Assembly (NCBI GenBank): GCA_008632985.1
Contig: QPGO01000154.1
Location: forward strand, 124,001 to 183,691
Direction: 5' to 3'
Length of the DNA: 59,691 nucleotides
Source of the DNA: Psammoneis japonica
Taxonomy: Eukaryota
Shown here: piece after piece, positions 48,501-59,691 of the stretch
Numbering within the stretch: position 1 is the first letter of the stretch
Layout of the letters: each line of letters opens with the position of its first letter
Made by a program: the position numbers and the translations under genes
The notes under the pieces: model-generated
What the model was told of the DNA's origin: nothing
Database searches by the model: none
The model's input: only the letters and a program-made list of their open reading frames with translations

Positions 48501-49959
48501 TGTCCGTGGTGATTTACAGAAAGAAGGAGTCAACCACTTCAAAACCTGCATGCCAGTTGTGCAATGGTCCAGCATCCGACTCATGCTCACTGCGGTGTTA
48601 AAGGAGGGATGGACCACACATCAGGTGGACCACACCACAGCCTTTTGCCAAGCTGATGTCGCCGAGGAAGTTTGCATGACACTGCCGAAGGGTTTTGCGC
48701 CGAGGTCGGGACTCAACATGGTTCTCAAACTTTTGAAAGGACCACACAGCCTAAAACAGTCTCCCAAGGGCTTCCACGAGAAGTTGCGAGCTGGTTTAAC
48801 CGAGCACGGATGGGCACCTTCAACCATGGACCCCTGTTTGTATTTCAAAGAGGGTGTGATGTGTGTGGTGCACGTCGACGACACCGCATTTGCTGGAGCT
48901 TCAGCTGAAGCTCTGGAGGAAGAAATTCGCAAGTTAGGAGTCTCCAACGACGAACATCGCCACGCATTTGAACTTAGAGACGAAGGAGAAGTCGGTGACT
49001 TTCTCGGCATCAAGATCGAAAAGCTCTCCGAGGGTCGATTTCCACTCACTCAACCCGGTCTAATTGACAAGGTCCTGCGCACCGCACAGATGCAGGATTG
49101 CAATGGAGCATCCACTCCAGCTCCACCTGCGGCTGTTGGTGCCGACACGGATGGCCCACCTTTTGATGAACCCTGCGATTGTCGCTCAGTTGTTGGAATG
49201 TTGATGTGCTTGGCAGCGAACAGCCGGCCAGACATTGCGTGTGCCACACATCAAGTGGCTCGATTTTCGTTTGCACCCCGAGCGTCCCACGCTGCTGCAG
49301 TGAAGCGGATGCTCCGATGCCTCAAAGCAACTGCTGCTGAAGGTCTCATTCTCAAGCCTGTGCAAGACCATCGAGTTGATTGTTGCGTCGATTCTGACTT
49401 CGCGGGGTTGTTTGGTGTGGAAGATGGTCAAGACCCAGTTTCTGTCAAGTCCAGGACTGGACACCTTGTCTGCTGCGCCGGCTGCCCGCTTGTCTGGGTG
49501 TCCAAGCTGCAGACTCTTGCAGCATTGTCGACCATGGAAGCGGAACATGTCGCACTTTCTCAAGCCATGTGCGATCTCATCCCTGTTCGTGAAGTTCTCA
49601 AGGAACTCAACCACCACGCATTCGGAAAGTCTGGCCGCCAAAACCCCACCACAACTCACTCCAAGGCTTTTGAGCTCGCAAACCAAGGCACCGATGACTC
49701 GCCTGTTGAGCAGAATGTCCCACCTGTGTCCGTTGTGTACAAAGACAACTCCGCGTGCCTCAAGTTCGCACGCATGCCCAAGTTGTCTCCGCAAACCAAA
49801 CACATCGGCATCCCGCACCACTGGTTTAGGACTAAAGTTGAACAATTGGAGATCGATGTCCAACCTGTCAGCACTCTAGAGCAACTGGCCGATCAGTTCA
49901 CGAAGGGACTGCGGACCGATGCGTTCCGTACGGCTAGAAAGGCTCTTATGGGCTGGTGA
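45571..49959 (+). pseudogene. Copia pol (PR, IN, RT, RH) with in-frame TGA stops and a frameshift
   Basis: VMDTGAT (PR), HARFGH...CEAC, VSVD...ADSG...QNGVTER (IN), HKARCCVRGD and VHVDD (RT), VDSDFAG...QLADQFTK...LMGW (RH). TGA stops at 47044 and 47416. Confidence 0.92.
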
Positions 49960-49979
49960 GCTCTCTCGGTTGAGAGGGA

Positions 49980-50211
49980 GAGTCACGACTCAACGTCATT
50001 CTGGTCGCATCTCACGACTACAACCCAGACTCAGATTTTCTCTTCGAAATAATTAGCTCATCACAAAATCGATTCAAACAGAAGCAACGACATTCGTCAC
50101 AATTTCTAGACAACGACTTTCAACAAGCGTCTGTTTGCCTCTGTCGCCATTCATGTTGCTGCCAACCTCCGAGGTCTCATCCATCCTGCTCAGCTGTGGG
50201 ACTGCATCTCG
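49980..50211 (+). repeat. 3' LTR of copia element 2 (probably clipped by about 3 bp)
   Basis: Matches the 5' LTR up to CATCTCG and then runs directly into reductase coding sequence. Confidence 0.88.
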
Positions 50212-50841
50212 TCCAATGCGAAGCTCGCCTTGGCGGCAGAAAAGGTGGCGGTCGGGTTGGGAGCACAAACCAAGTGCATCAATCTTGGATCTCACGAGCT
50301 GCCCCTCTACAATCAAGATGACGAGGCGGACAAGGGGATGCCATCCAACGCTGTGAAACTCAAGGAGGAGTTGTCATCAGCAGATGGATGGATCATTGCT
50401 GGTCCCGAGCACAACGGATCCATTGTGCCCCTTGTTGTCAACGCATTTACGTGGTGCAGCCGTGGCGACCCAGAAGGATCGCCCATGTGCGCCACATTTC
50501 ATGGAAAGTCTGCAACAGTTCTCAGTGCGTCTCCTGGCGCCATGGGAGGCATGAGGTCGTTGAATCCTCATCGTCAGTTGTTGCAAAACTTGGGAGTGAA
50601 CGTGTTGCCCGCATCGGTTGCTGCAGGAGGCGCCTTCAATGCCTTTGATGACACTGGAGCCTTGACGGATTCACGGCACAAATCCATGCTTGAGGCCGCA
50701 GTCAGTGATCTTTGTTGCCAAACGAGAGACAAAGCGAACCGCGAAGCAACGTGTGATTTAATCCGTGCCAGCACGGTGGGAGAGTGCGGAAATGTCGACG
50801 TGGCTCAACAGTGGTTTTTGCCAATGCAAGCATCACAGTAG
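50212..50841 (+). pseudogene. NADPH-dependent FMN reductase (flavodoxin-like), 5'-truncated and TpA-mutated
   Basis: SNAKLA, LPLYNQD, ADGWIIAGPEHNGS (PEYNGS motif), LSASPGAMGGMRSL. The N-terminal GSxR phosphate-binding loop is missing. Confidence 0.85.
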
Positions 50842-51515
50842 ATTCAATGTTGAATCATCATCCTGCCGATGGACGGGTTCACACACAACTGCATTTTCGA
50901 CGCAACGAAGAGCACCACTCTCTCTCTCTCTCTCTCTGTCAAGCGTGTTTGATCTCTCGAATTTTTCGGCTCTTACCCACCAATGAGGAGGGGGAAACGC
51001 GTCTCGCACAAGCAACATTGTGATCCCAGGAAGAAAGCTGAGAGTCACAGCTGCTGTCAGGGTCTCTGGAACTTCGATGAGTTGGATCCGCGACAACTGC
51101 CGCAACAGAGGAACACCGGCAAGAGAGTGGAAAATCTGTCTGTGTGCACAATTTCCATCCGAGGCAATTGCGACTAATTTTTTTGAAATTTCAACACAAT
51201 GTCAATGAATGCATGTCTGCAACAATGCGTCATCGGCGGTGACGACAGAAGCTCGAGCGATGTGCGTGCGATGTTGTGATGACGATCCTCATTCCTCATC
51301 ATGGCACTGTTTGTGTCGGCGTGCCACGCAATGCAAACAACCCACGCCACAACCATCAACAGACATTGCCATGCGGGATCACACCCTGGCATGTGTCCTT
51401 CAGCCTGAAGCCTTCAGTGCGTTGCCGACGCCGACTGCCCATTGATTTGCCCACTCTTGGGCGTTCGTTGGGGGCTCTCTGACAGATGCAATGGTGATGA
51501 TTGCGCGGCTGATGG

Positions 51516-53726
51516 TTGTCGCCTTTGTTTGCGTTAAAGCAATTCTTGGCTCCAAATGCAGCGGTTGCGAAGATCGTCAGGCATGAAACGCATTCTCTGC
51601 TTTGGAAGAAGTTGCGGTGCAAGGGCGTTTCGCAATGCATGAGTTCTTTTTTTGTCACGCAAGTGAAGATCACTGCAAGGGTTCGTCCACTTTCCAATTT
51701 CGCACATGCCTCACATTCTCCACCTCTCCCGCTTCCAACACAGCAAAGGCATTGCTCCAAGAACTGTCGACAACTTGGACACGGCAAGAAGAAGGGTGTT
51801 AAAAAAGGAAAGTTTACGAATGTAGCGAGGAAACGAGGGAAAAGGAGTGAAACGCCATCCGCAGCCCCCTCGAGTTCTCCAAGCGGCAAGCCATCCCAAG
51901 AACCGTCCAGTGTGCCATCCAGGTCACCCAGTTCTGCTCCAAGTGGTGCTCCCAGCATTTCTCCAAGTAAGAGCCCGTCGGCAGCACCCTCTAGCATGCC
52001 CAGTGAATCGCCTTCCGAATCGCCTTCCGAATCGCCAAGCGCCACACCGAGTGATTCTCCGAGTGAAACCCCGTCAGACATTCCTTCAAACATGCCAAGC
52101 GCATCGCCGTCCCAAAAACCAAGCAATGCCCCGAGTGGCGCTCCCAGCAGCGCTCCAAGCGACGCCCCGTCGGATGCACCTTCGAAAATACCGAGTAGAT
52201 CGCCAAGCTGTGCGCCGAGTAGAACTCCAAGTGAAACTCCGTCGGATGCACCTTCAAACATGCCGAGCAAATCGCCGTCCCAAACACCAAGCAATGCGCC
52301 AAGTAGTGTGCCAAGTAAACGCCCAAGTGAAACACCATCGGAATTTCCTTCAGGCATGCCGAGCACATCGCCGTCCCAAAAACCAAGCATTCTCCCAAGC
52401 AGTGCTCCCAGTGGCGCTCCAAGTGAAACCCCGTCGAACGTGCCTTCAAACATTCCGAGTGCGTCACCGTCCCAAATGCCAAGTGATGCCCCAAGCAGTG
52501 CTCCCAGTGAGTTTCCGAGTGAAAATCCATTGGAGTTACCTTCCAGCGTGCCGAGTAGATTGCCAAGCTCTGTTCCCAGCACTGCTCCAAGTGGAACCCC
52601 ATCGGATGCACATGCCATCAAAACAAGTTCATCGCCGTCCGAAACACCAAACAGCTCCCCAACGCCGCCTTCTTCACCGGCAGGTCCCACAGTTCCTTCG
52701 ACTCCACCATCAGATGCTCCTTCATCAGGCCCGGTGGCTGGCCCAACACCTCCTCCATCGAGTTCGCCATCCGGTGCACCATCATCAGGCCCGGTGGCTG
52801 GCCCCACACCCCCTCCAACAGCGACACCATCGGATGCTCCTTCATCAGGCCCGGTGGCTGGCCCAACACCTCCTCCATCGAGTTCGCCATCCAGTGCACC
52901 ATCATCAGGCCCGGTGGCTGGCCCGACATCCCCTCCAACAGCGACACCATCGGATGCTCCTTCATCAGGCCCGGTGGCTGGCCCCACACCTCCTCCATCG
53001 AGTTCGCCATCCGGTGCACCATCATCAGGCCCGGTGGCTAGTCCCACACCCCCTCCAACAGCGACACCATCGGATGCTCCTTCATCAGGCCCGGTGGCTG
53101 GCCCCACACCTCCTCCATCGAGTTCGCCATCCGGTGCACCATCATCAGGCCCGGTGGCTAGTCCCACACCCCCTCCAACAGCGACACCATCGGATGCTCC
53201 TTCATCAGGCCCGGTGGCTGGCCCAACACCTCCTCCATCGAGTTCGCCATCCAGTGCACCATCATCAGGCCCGGTGGCTAGTCCCACACCCCCTCCCACA
53301 GCGACACCATCGGATGCGCCTTCATCAGGCCCGGTGGCTGGCCCCACACCTCCTCCATCGAGTTCACCATCTGGTGCACCATCATCAGGCCCGGTGGCTA
53401 GTCCCACAGCGACACCATCGGACACCCCTTCATCAGGCCCGGTGGCTGGCCCCACACCTCCTCCATCGAGTTCGCCATCCGGTGCACCATCATCAGGCCC
53501 GGTGGCTGGCCCCACACCTCCTCCATCGACTTCACCATCCTCTGGTCCAACAGAGCCATCAACAGCACCTGACAGTGTTCCGTCAACATCTCCACCCGGC
53601 TCTCCGTCCTCGGGTCCTGCAGCTCCGTCAATGGGCCCCGCAGCACCGACGTTTCCAACAGTCTCGGGTCCGACAGCTCCGTCAGCACCCGCACCCCCAC
53701 CGACTCAAATCTTCCGTAGAAAGTGA
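51516..53726 (+). CDS. Pro/Ser/Thr-rich repeat protein (possibly extracellular or cell-wall); 5' end uncertain and may be degraded
   Basis: Lys-rich segment followed by (PSxx)n repeats and 60-bp SDAPSSGPVAGPTPPP-type tandem units at about 52705-53530. Confidence 0.6.
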   Translation: MSPLFALKQFLAPNAAVAKIVRHETHSLLWKKLRCKGVSQCMSSFFVTQVKITARVRPLSNFAHASHSPPLPLPTQQRHCSKNCRQLGHGKKKGVKKGKFTNVARKRGKRSETPSAAPSSSPSGKPSQEPSSVPSRSPSSAPSGAPSISPSKSPSAAPSSMPSESPSESPSESPSATPSDSPSETPSDIPSNMPSASPSQKPSNAPSGAPSSAPSDAPSDAPSKIPSRSPSCAPSRTPSETPSDAPSNMPSKSPSQTPSNAPSSVPSKRPSETPSEFPSGMPSTSPSQKPSILPSSAPSGAPSETPSNVPSNIPSASPSQMPSDAPSSAPSEFPSENPLELPSSVPSRLPSSVPSTAPSGTPSDAHAIKTSSSPSETPNSSPTPPSSPAGPTVPSTPPSDAPSSGPVAGPTPPPSSSPSGAPSSGPVAGPTPPPTATPSDAPSSGPVAGPTPPPSSSPSSAPSSGPVAGPTSPPTATPSDAPSSGPVAGPTPPPSSSPSGAPSSGPVASPTPPPTATPSDAPSSGPVAGPTPPPSSSPSGAPSSGPVASPTPPPTATPSDAPSSGPVAGPTPPPSSSPSSAPSSGPVASPTPPPTATPSDAPSSGPVAGPTPPPSSSPSGAPSSGPVASPTATPSDTPSSGPVAGPTPPPSSSPSGAPSSGPVAGPTPPPSTSPSSGPTEPSTAPDSVPSTSPPGSPSSGPAAPSMGPAAPTFPTVSGPTAPSAPAPPPTQIFRRK

Positions 53727-53952
53727 TTGTGAAGCCCGTGTGCGTTGTATCTTGAACGACACTGCGCACTTCAGCAATTCAGCGTCTTTGCAATACCTAA
53801 ATCTTCCGTAGGTGAGGCTGCGTGCGTTGTACCTTAGACGGTACTGCGCACTTAAACAATTCATCGTCTTTGCACGGCATTGGAAATGGGTGGGGAAACA
53901 ATAGAAAATGATCGGTGACTGAGAAGTACAGCAGTGCACTAAACAGAAACGA

Positions 53953-55051
53953 CTAGGCGTATAAAACATGTTTATTATTTCTTCGTAGGAGGTGTGTATT
54001 CCCTCTCAGGGTTCTCTCTTTCAGTTCAGGGTCAAGCTTCCAGGCGTTGCTCTCAACACCGTTCATATTGTATACAAAGTGCTCCATTCTACGAAATGCG
54101 CCTGTTTGATCCAAGACGTCATTGCACGCCCCGCTGACAATGCAATAGTTCCCATCGTAGGGTGCCTTGTGGTGCAATGCATGAGGTTTCCGTCCAATTA
54201 TAACGCCCGCGTCTTGAAGCCAATTTACCCATTGCGGCACCTCACTCTTGTCATGTGCGACCACTTGTGAAATTCCTGAGAAAGAATTTCCAGAGAGCAA
54301 AACACGGCCAAGAAGAAAGTAACTGTTGGTCCGGTAAGAAAAGAAATGAGAGCCATTGTGGGTACGCCGAAGGGGACGCACAGTTTGTACACGTTATTGC
54401 AAAACTCGCGTTCTGTAATTGTCCATGGAGCCGAGTGATGACCTTGAAATGCAGCAATGATATTTCCCATGATTGGAGTACGGCCATTGCCGTAGTTGTC
54501 GACCGACCAATGCAACACACCCGAGCCAAAATCTGCAAGCAACCAACTTGATACGGCAAGCGCTAATGCCTGAGTGCTTGTCGTTGCCAGGTCGCCACCA
54601 TTGCTTGAGTACAATTCCTGCAATGCAGCTGCAGCTATGGCCCCGTTTCCCAAGAATGTTCCAAGCACCATGGCAACTTGATAAGGTTGTGTCTCCAGCG
54701 TGTCTCCCTCGACGACAACTGAAGCTACCTTTCCCTTTGGCCGTTCGATACCAGATCCCTCTAATCCAAAAACGAATCCATCGTCAAGATACGTTTTCGA
54801 TTGTGTCTCGGGAACTGATACATCTTGTTCTGACATGACGCTTACAGCATTCAGTGATGTAGAGGACTGGGAGTTTAGAGCCTTCGCGTTGCTATTCAAT
54901 CTTGGCTCGTTGGCATTCATTGAAAGGCGACTCTTGCTTGTGATTCGCTTCGATGATGAAAAGCTGACTCGTCGTTGTGTGGAAGCTGTAAACTTTCGAC
55001 ATTACATGAAAGCAACAGCAATACGGAGCAAGCGAGAGAAGGAATCTTCAT
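53953..55051 (-). CDS. FAD4/TMEM189(Kua)-family lipid desaturase-like protein with apparent frameshifts
   Basis: ADFGSGVLHWSVDNYG, FQGHH, QEFHKWSH and HALHHKAPYDGNYCIVSG. Signal-peptide-like MKIPSLACSVLLLL at 55051. Frame breaks near 54250 and 54920-54960. Confidence 0.85.
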
Positions 55052-56064
55052 GGTTCTTGAATGAGGTGTGGAGTAGTGAGTGAAGGGAAGAAAAAATGAA
55101 ACGCGTTGCAAGAAAGACCTCACAAAGAATTTATGTGTAAATATGCTTCCAAAACAAAATGAACAAGAGTGAATATCACCACGTGTGAATGAAGTGGTGT
55201 GAACGTAGTGGCGAGTACAAAACATCATCGACCGCAAAACAACAAAGAAATGTGAGTCATCCGCATCAACTCGAAATTTGAAAACGACGTGGCGAATTCC
55301 ATAAGTAATTTGCCTTCGGATTACGTCATTCACGCTGAGATGTATTCAAAAACATATGTTCATAAGGATTTATAATAAAGCCACGTGTGTCCGTCACTGG
55401 CGACACGCCGAAGCAAAGCTTGCTACTGCCCTCACAAATTCGCGGCACTCCGCACGAGCCAAAAAAAATGATGGGACGCTGTGGAATGAACTTGCCGAAA
55501 AGATCAAGATGATGAAACGAAACGATAGGTGCACGTGTGTCGATGATGTAGGTCTCCAATGCAGGAGGTGACATCATGTGATTCACTCGCTTCCTATCAT
55601 GCTTTGAAGCGGGCTGAAACCTTCATTGCTTTACAGGGGTATTTTGAGAGAGCTTGTTCGAACTTCGGTTCTGTGCGGCATGGATTAAACTATTCGGTTT
55701 TCTGCGAGCGAACTGTGTAAAGACAAATATTAATAACTTATACGAAAACGATCAACCTACTATATGATGCAGCTAGCATAAGTTAATCCAGCGCTCGTCA
55801 CCAAACCAGTTGTTGTATTCTAACAAACCAAATTGCAGTAGCAAGATTGAATAGTAATAAAACGACATGATATTCACTATTCTAAGGCTCGAAACAGTGA
55901 TTGTAAACATGTACAATGCTAAATAAGTTACTGGGAATACTGAAAGACACAACAAATCTACTTTTTCTCGTTCATCACGACGCTTCGACTTGACGAACCG
56001 TGTGGAACGATGAATTGTGTACAATCCCAACTAGGATACCTGGAATGGAACGCGCTCCACTCGT

Positions 56065-56960
56065 TTAGATGTTTTCCTTGTCCAAGTCGTCAAAGTATGG
56101 GTGGTTCAACGAGTCCTTGGCCGTGATGCGCTCGTTGGGGTTGTACGCGAGGAACTTCTCCAACAAGGCGAGCCCAAGGCTATCCAGATTGTCTGTTACC
56201 GATGGAGAAAACTGTGACTTGTACCAACGAGGAAAGGCAGAGTTCCAATCCGGTAGCTGCGTGACACCGGGCCAGACTTGTTCGTTAGGCGTGCCGAGCT
56301 GACGAAAGATTTTGTAGAGCTGATCAATTTCTGAATCACCAGGGAACAGAGCACGCTTGGTGACCATTTCGACAAAGATGGTGCCGAGAGCCCACACGTC
56401 AGCGGGTGGAGCATAAGTCTGTGATCCAAGAAGAATTTCAGGAGGGCGATACCACAACGTAACCACCTCGTGGGTAAGCGGACGGATCGGCGGGCAGAAA
56501 GCACGAGCCAGTCCAAAATCAGCCAGCTTCAACCTTCCATCCCTGGAAACGAGCAGATTCTGCGGTTTGAGATCCCGATGCATGACACCGCGTGCGTGAC
56601 AAAAGGCGAGACCCCGGCAGCACTGGAACAGGTACGACTTGACGAGAATGGCTGAAGCTGATCATTGCAAGACTCCATGTACTTTTTCAAATCACGGTCG
56701 AGAAACTCAAACACGAGGTACAGCTTTCCGTCAGATTGCACGCAATCCTTAAGCTCGACGATATTCTCGTGGCTAAGCTCTCTCAAGAGACTAATTTCAC
56801 GCAAGCCGTCGGCGGAATGCCCTCATCTTCCACTTCGAGTCGGATCCTCTTGAGAGCAACAATCTCATCCGTCTGACGATCGCGGGCTTTGTACACGACG
56901 CCATAAGTACCCTCGCCGAGTTAGAACCGGGCTTTTCAATCTTCTGATACTGTACATGCC
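56065..56960 (-). CDS. Cyclin-dependent kinase, CDK1/CDKA type (P(S)TALRE, CDKA2-like) with apparent frameshifts
   Basis: [45 protein letters not shown] and [13 protein letters not shown]. The frame changes several times, and the start is uncertain. Confidence 0.9.
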
Positions 56961-57656
56961 GAGAGTCGATAGAAGTTAGACGGGGTTGTGAATAGAGAGT
57001 TGTTTTTGCCATTGGCTTGTCCGCTGATATAGCAAAAAATTGGGAAACGGATAGGGCAGGCTAGCTACAGGCTTCTCAGTACATTTCTACGGCGAACGTT
57101 ATTTTCATTCAAATTCCGCGAAACAAACGGGATTTTTACACGTCCGTGAAAGACATACCGAGCTCTACGATGAGCCTTTGGACAATGCTGTCAGAGACTC
57201 CGTCGTCTCGTTCTGCCCCGTTATCTCACCAAAAAACAGCACAACAACCACAGTCTCGTAAATTAGACAATAGCACATCCGATTCGATGGTGCTTACCTT
57301 TCCATCGTGAAGGCTTGGGTCTTGAAAACGAACGACAACAACACAACAAATTGTTGACGGCTGTTGATGTGCAAAGAGTGAAAATGGCGGTGCCGACAAT
57401 CTCGGCGCGTCTGTACCAGGCATACTGAGCAAGCGTATGTAGAACTGTACAAGATCAGTACCACAACGGAATCTCCTTTGTATTCTACCTGCATTATAGA
57501 TATGTAGGTCTAGAGGTTTTTATTCTCATGAATATTTAAGGATATTCAAGTCTTAGATCCCCGGCTCATTTTTTCGCTCCCGATGCGAAGCAACTTCAAC
57601 AACAGCCACACAGAACCAACCGATCGGCTTATATTGAATCAATCTCTGATGAAGAA

Positions 57657-59691
57657 ATGATACGCCAAGGATGCAGACTGTCGACGAGAGCTATCGGTAG
57701 CCGGAAATGGACAGTTGGACCGTCATGTTGTTTGAGCCTTCAAAAATCAGAGACATGGCTACAACAACAAGAACGTAGGTGCTGTGCGATATTCCCGTCA
57801 AGAAAATCACCTGCCACAAGGCTGTTTCAACGTAATTCAGTTGCACCAAGAGGAGGTCTTTTCTCAATTGATGGGTTACACAAGCCATCCGACTTTGTGG
57901 CTCTGGCAACAGATGCTAAATCGGTATGTGACGGGCTGCGTTCCTCCTTGACGAGTTTGGAGGCCATTACGTCTAAAGAACACGCGTCTGAAACTTTAAA
58001 GAGACTGGACAATGTCAGCAAGACTGTATGCAATGTCATTGATGCGGCCGAATTATGTCGATCCGTCCATTCTTCTGTAGCATGGCGGGAAGCGTCGTCC
58101 AAGGCTTTTGCAATCATGAGTGATTACATTGCATTGTTAAACTCCGACACACATTTGTACCGTGCGTTATCCATGGTTACAAATTCGGATTACTTTCCCC
58201 AGTTATCTCAAGAAGAGCAACGATTTGCAATTCTACTAAAGGCGGAATTTGAACGTGATGGAATACACTTGCCGGATGAAGAACGAAACAAAGTACGAAC
58301 ATTGCAAAACCATGTAACTCAATTGGAAACGCTCTTTACCGACAACATTACGCATTCAAGAAAATACTTTGATGTGGACGCTGCATGGGTTGAAGAAATT
58401 ATACCGCGGCACATTTTGGAAGCGCACGTTCCACAATCAAACAAGGANNNNNNNNNNNNNNNNNNNNNNNNNNNNNNNNNNNNNNNNNNNNNNNNNNNNN
58501 NNNNNNNNNNNNNNNNNNNNNNNNNNNNNNNNNNNNNNNNNNNNNNNNNNNNNNNNNNNNNNNNNNNNNNNNNNNNNNNNNNNNNNNNNNNNNNNNNNNN
58601 NNNNNNNNNNNNNNNNNNNNNNNNNNNNNNNNNNNNNNNNNNNNNNNNNNNNNNNNNNNNNNNNNNNNNNNNNNNNNNNNNNNNNNNNNNNNNNNNNNNN
58701 NNNNNNNNNNNNNNNNNNNNNNNNNNNNNNNNNNNNNNNNNNNNNNNNNNNNNNNNNNNNNNNNNNNNNNNNNNNNNNNNNNNNNNNNNNNNNNNNNNNN
58801 NNNNNNNNNNNNNNNNNNNNNNNNNNNNNNNNNNNNNNNNNNNNNNNNNNNNNNNNNNNNNNNNNNNNNNNNNNNNNNNNNNNNNNNNNNNNNNNNNNNN
58901 NNNNNNNNNNNNNNNNNNGTTTGGAATATCAATGAAAGATAGTATGGACGATGAGGAGAAAATGGGATGTCGGAGATGATGGCAGTCATCTTGGTGTAAG
59001 GTTCGCAAGTTTGTCTTTCATGACGAGAACCGTCGACCGTTGGGTACAATGTATTTGGATCTTCACCCACGAGAAGGCAAGTACGGGCACGCAGCACACT
59101 TTACTGTTCGATGTGGCTGCGTTATTGGAGGAGGACCGAGTGAGCGACGCGGAGATGAGGAGTACCAGCTACCTATTGTTGCTCTTGTATGCAACATGTC
59201 GTCTCTCATCAAGCTCAATTCTAAGTCATTCTGAGGTCGAAAACTGTTCCATGAGTTTGGCCATGCATTACATTCCCTGCTGTCACGGACAACCTTCCAG
59301 CACCTATCTGGCATCGTGGTGCCATGGACTTTGTCGAAACGCCATCGCACCTGTTCGAACAATACGCATGGGACCCAACGTTTCTCAAGGTTTTTGCAAG
59401 ACACCATCACAGTGGTGAGCCAATACCGGACGACTTGATACACAAATTGGTTCAATCTAGGAACGAGTTTCGTTCCATTGATATACAAAATCAAATTATT
59501 GTATGCACTTTTCGACAGACCATATTTGGAATACCGGACCTTCCAGCCAAGTACTACGCAAGTTCTTTGCAAAGTATCACAAGATCTTTGGTGTCCCATA
59601 CGCGGAAGGCACTCACTGGCATTCACGCTTTGGGCATTTGGTCACGTATGGTGCTGGACTTATGGATATCTCTATGCTCAGGTGTTTGCAG
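57657..59691 (+). CDS. MIPEP: Mitochondrial intermediate peptidase (peptidase M3A); interrupted by an N gap, frameshifts and the window end
   Basis: Transit-peptide-like N-terminus, LDNVSKTVCNVIDAAELCRSVH, YLDLHPREGKYGHAAHFTVRCG, FHEFGHALHSLLSRT (HExxH), DFVETPSHLFE and RFGHLVTYGAG. Confidence 0.88.
58448..58918. other. Assembly gap (N run)
   Basis: Run of N. Confidence 1.

Larger units (their letters stand above)
42973..50211 (+). mobile_element. Ty1/copia LTR retrotransposon (element 2), TpA-hypermutated
   Basis: Direct repeats of about 231 bp at 42973-43203 and 49980-50211, PPT GAGAGGGAG before the 3' LTR, gag with a Zn knuckle and PR-IN-RT-RH order. No TSD found. Confidence 0.93.

Noticed and set aside
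51356..53515. 719-aa Gly-rich minus-strand ORF and 654-aa His/Arg-rich alternative frame
   Set aside because: These are shadows of the Pro/Ser repeat on the + strand.
1..53750. Hundreds of overlapping six-frame ORFs rich in Cys/His/Gln/Trp
   Set aside because: Loss of TA removes TAA and TAG stops on both strands, so spurious ORFs accumulate. They are not evidence of genes.
53738..53875. Diverged two-copy tandem repeat (about 80-bp period) as further evidence of TA editing
   Set aside because: The differences are mixed and not cleanly TA-specific.
53953..59691. Pseudogenisation or programmed frameshifting of the desaturase, CDK and peptidase genes
   Set aside because: Three consecutive conserved genes show small indels with intact motifs, next to an N gap. 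This is most simply low-quality consensus sequence, and read remapping would settle it.

Overview
Eukaryotic genomic DNA, most likely a diatom (inferred from CoDi-type Ty1/copia elements, a P(S)TALRE CDK, intron-poor genes and a Pro/Ser-repeat protein). The window alternates between ordinary gene islands and repeat-rich blocks. The islands hold a histidine-phosphatase-like gene, VPS60/CHMP5, MCM2, TM9SF, an orphan ORF, a FAD4/TMEM189-like desaturase, a CDK and mitochondrial intermediate peptidase. The blocks hold two near-full-length copia LTR elements, one older copia remnant and duplicated or decayed gene copies. The main signal is that the repeat blocks have lost almost all TpA dinucleotides through TA->TG and TA->CA changes, i.e. 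A->G at TpA on both strands. The two 182-bp LTRs of one element differ at 13 positions, all at TpA and all in the same LTR. The process removes Tyr codons (RT YVDD becomes CVDD/HVDD) and TAA/TAG stops, reaches into neighbouring host genes and stops sharply near intact genes. It looks like a domain-targeted, RIP-like but chemically opposite hypermutation process. I do not know of a described mechanism, and a literature search is needed to judge novelty. The responsible enzyme is not identifiable in this window. All counts were made by eye.
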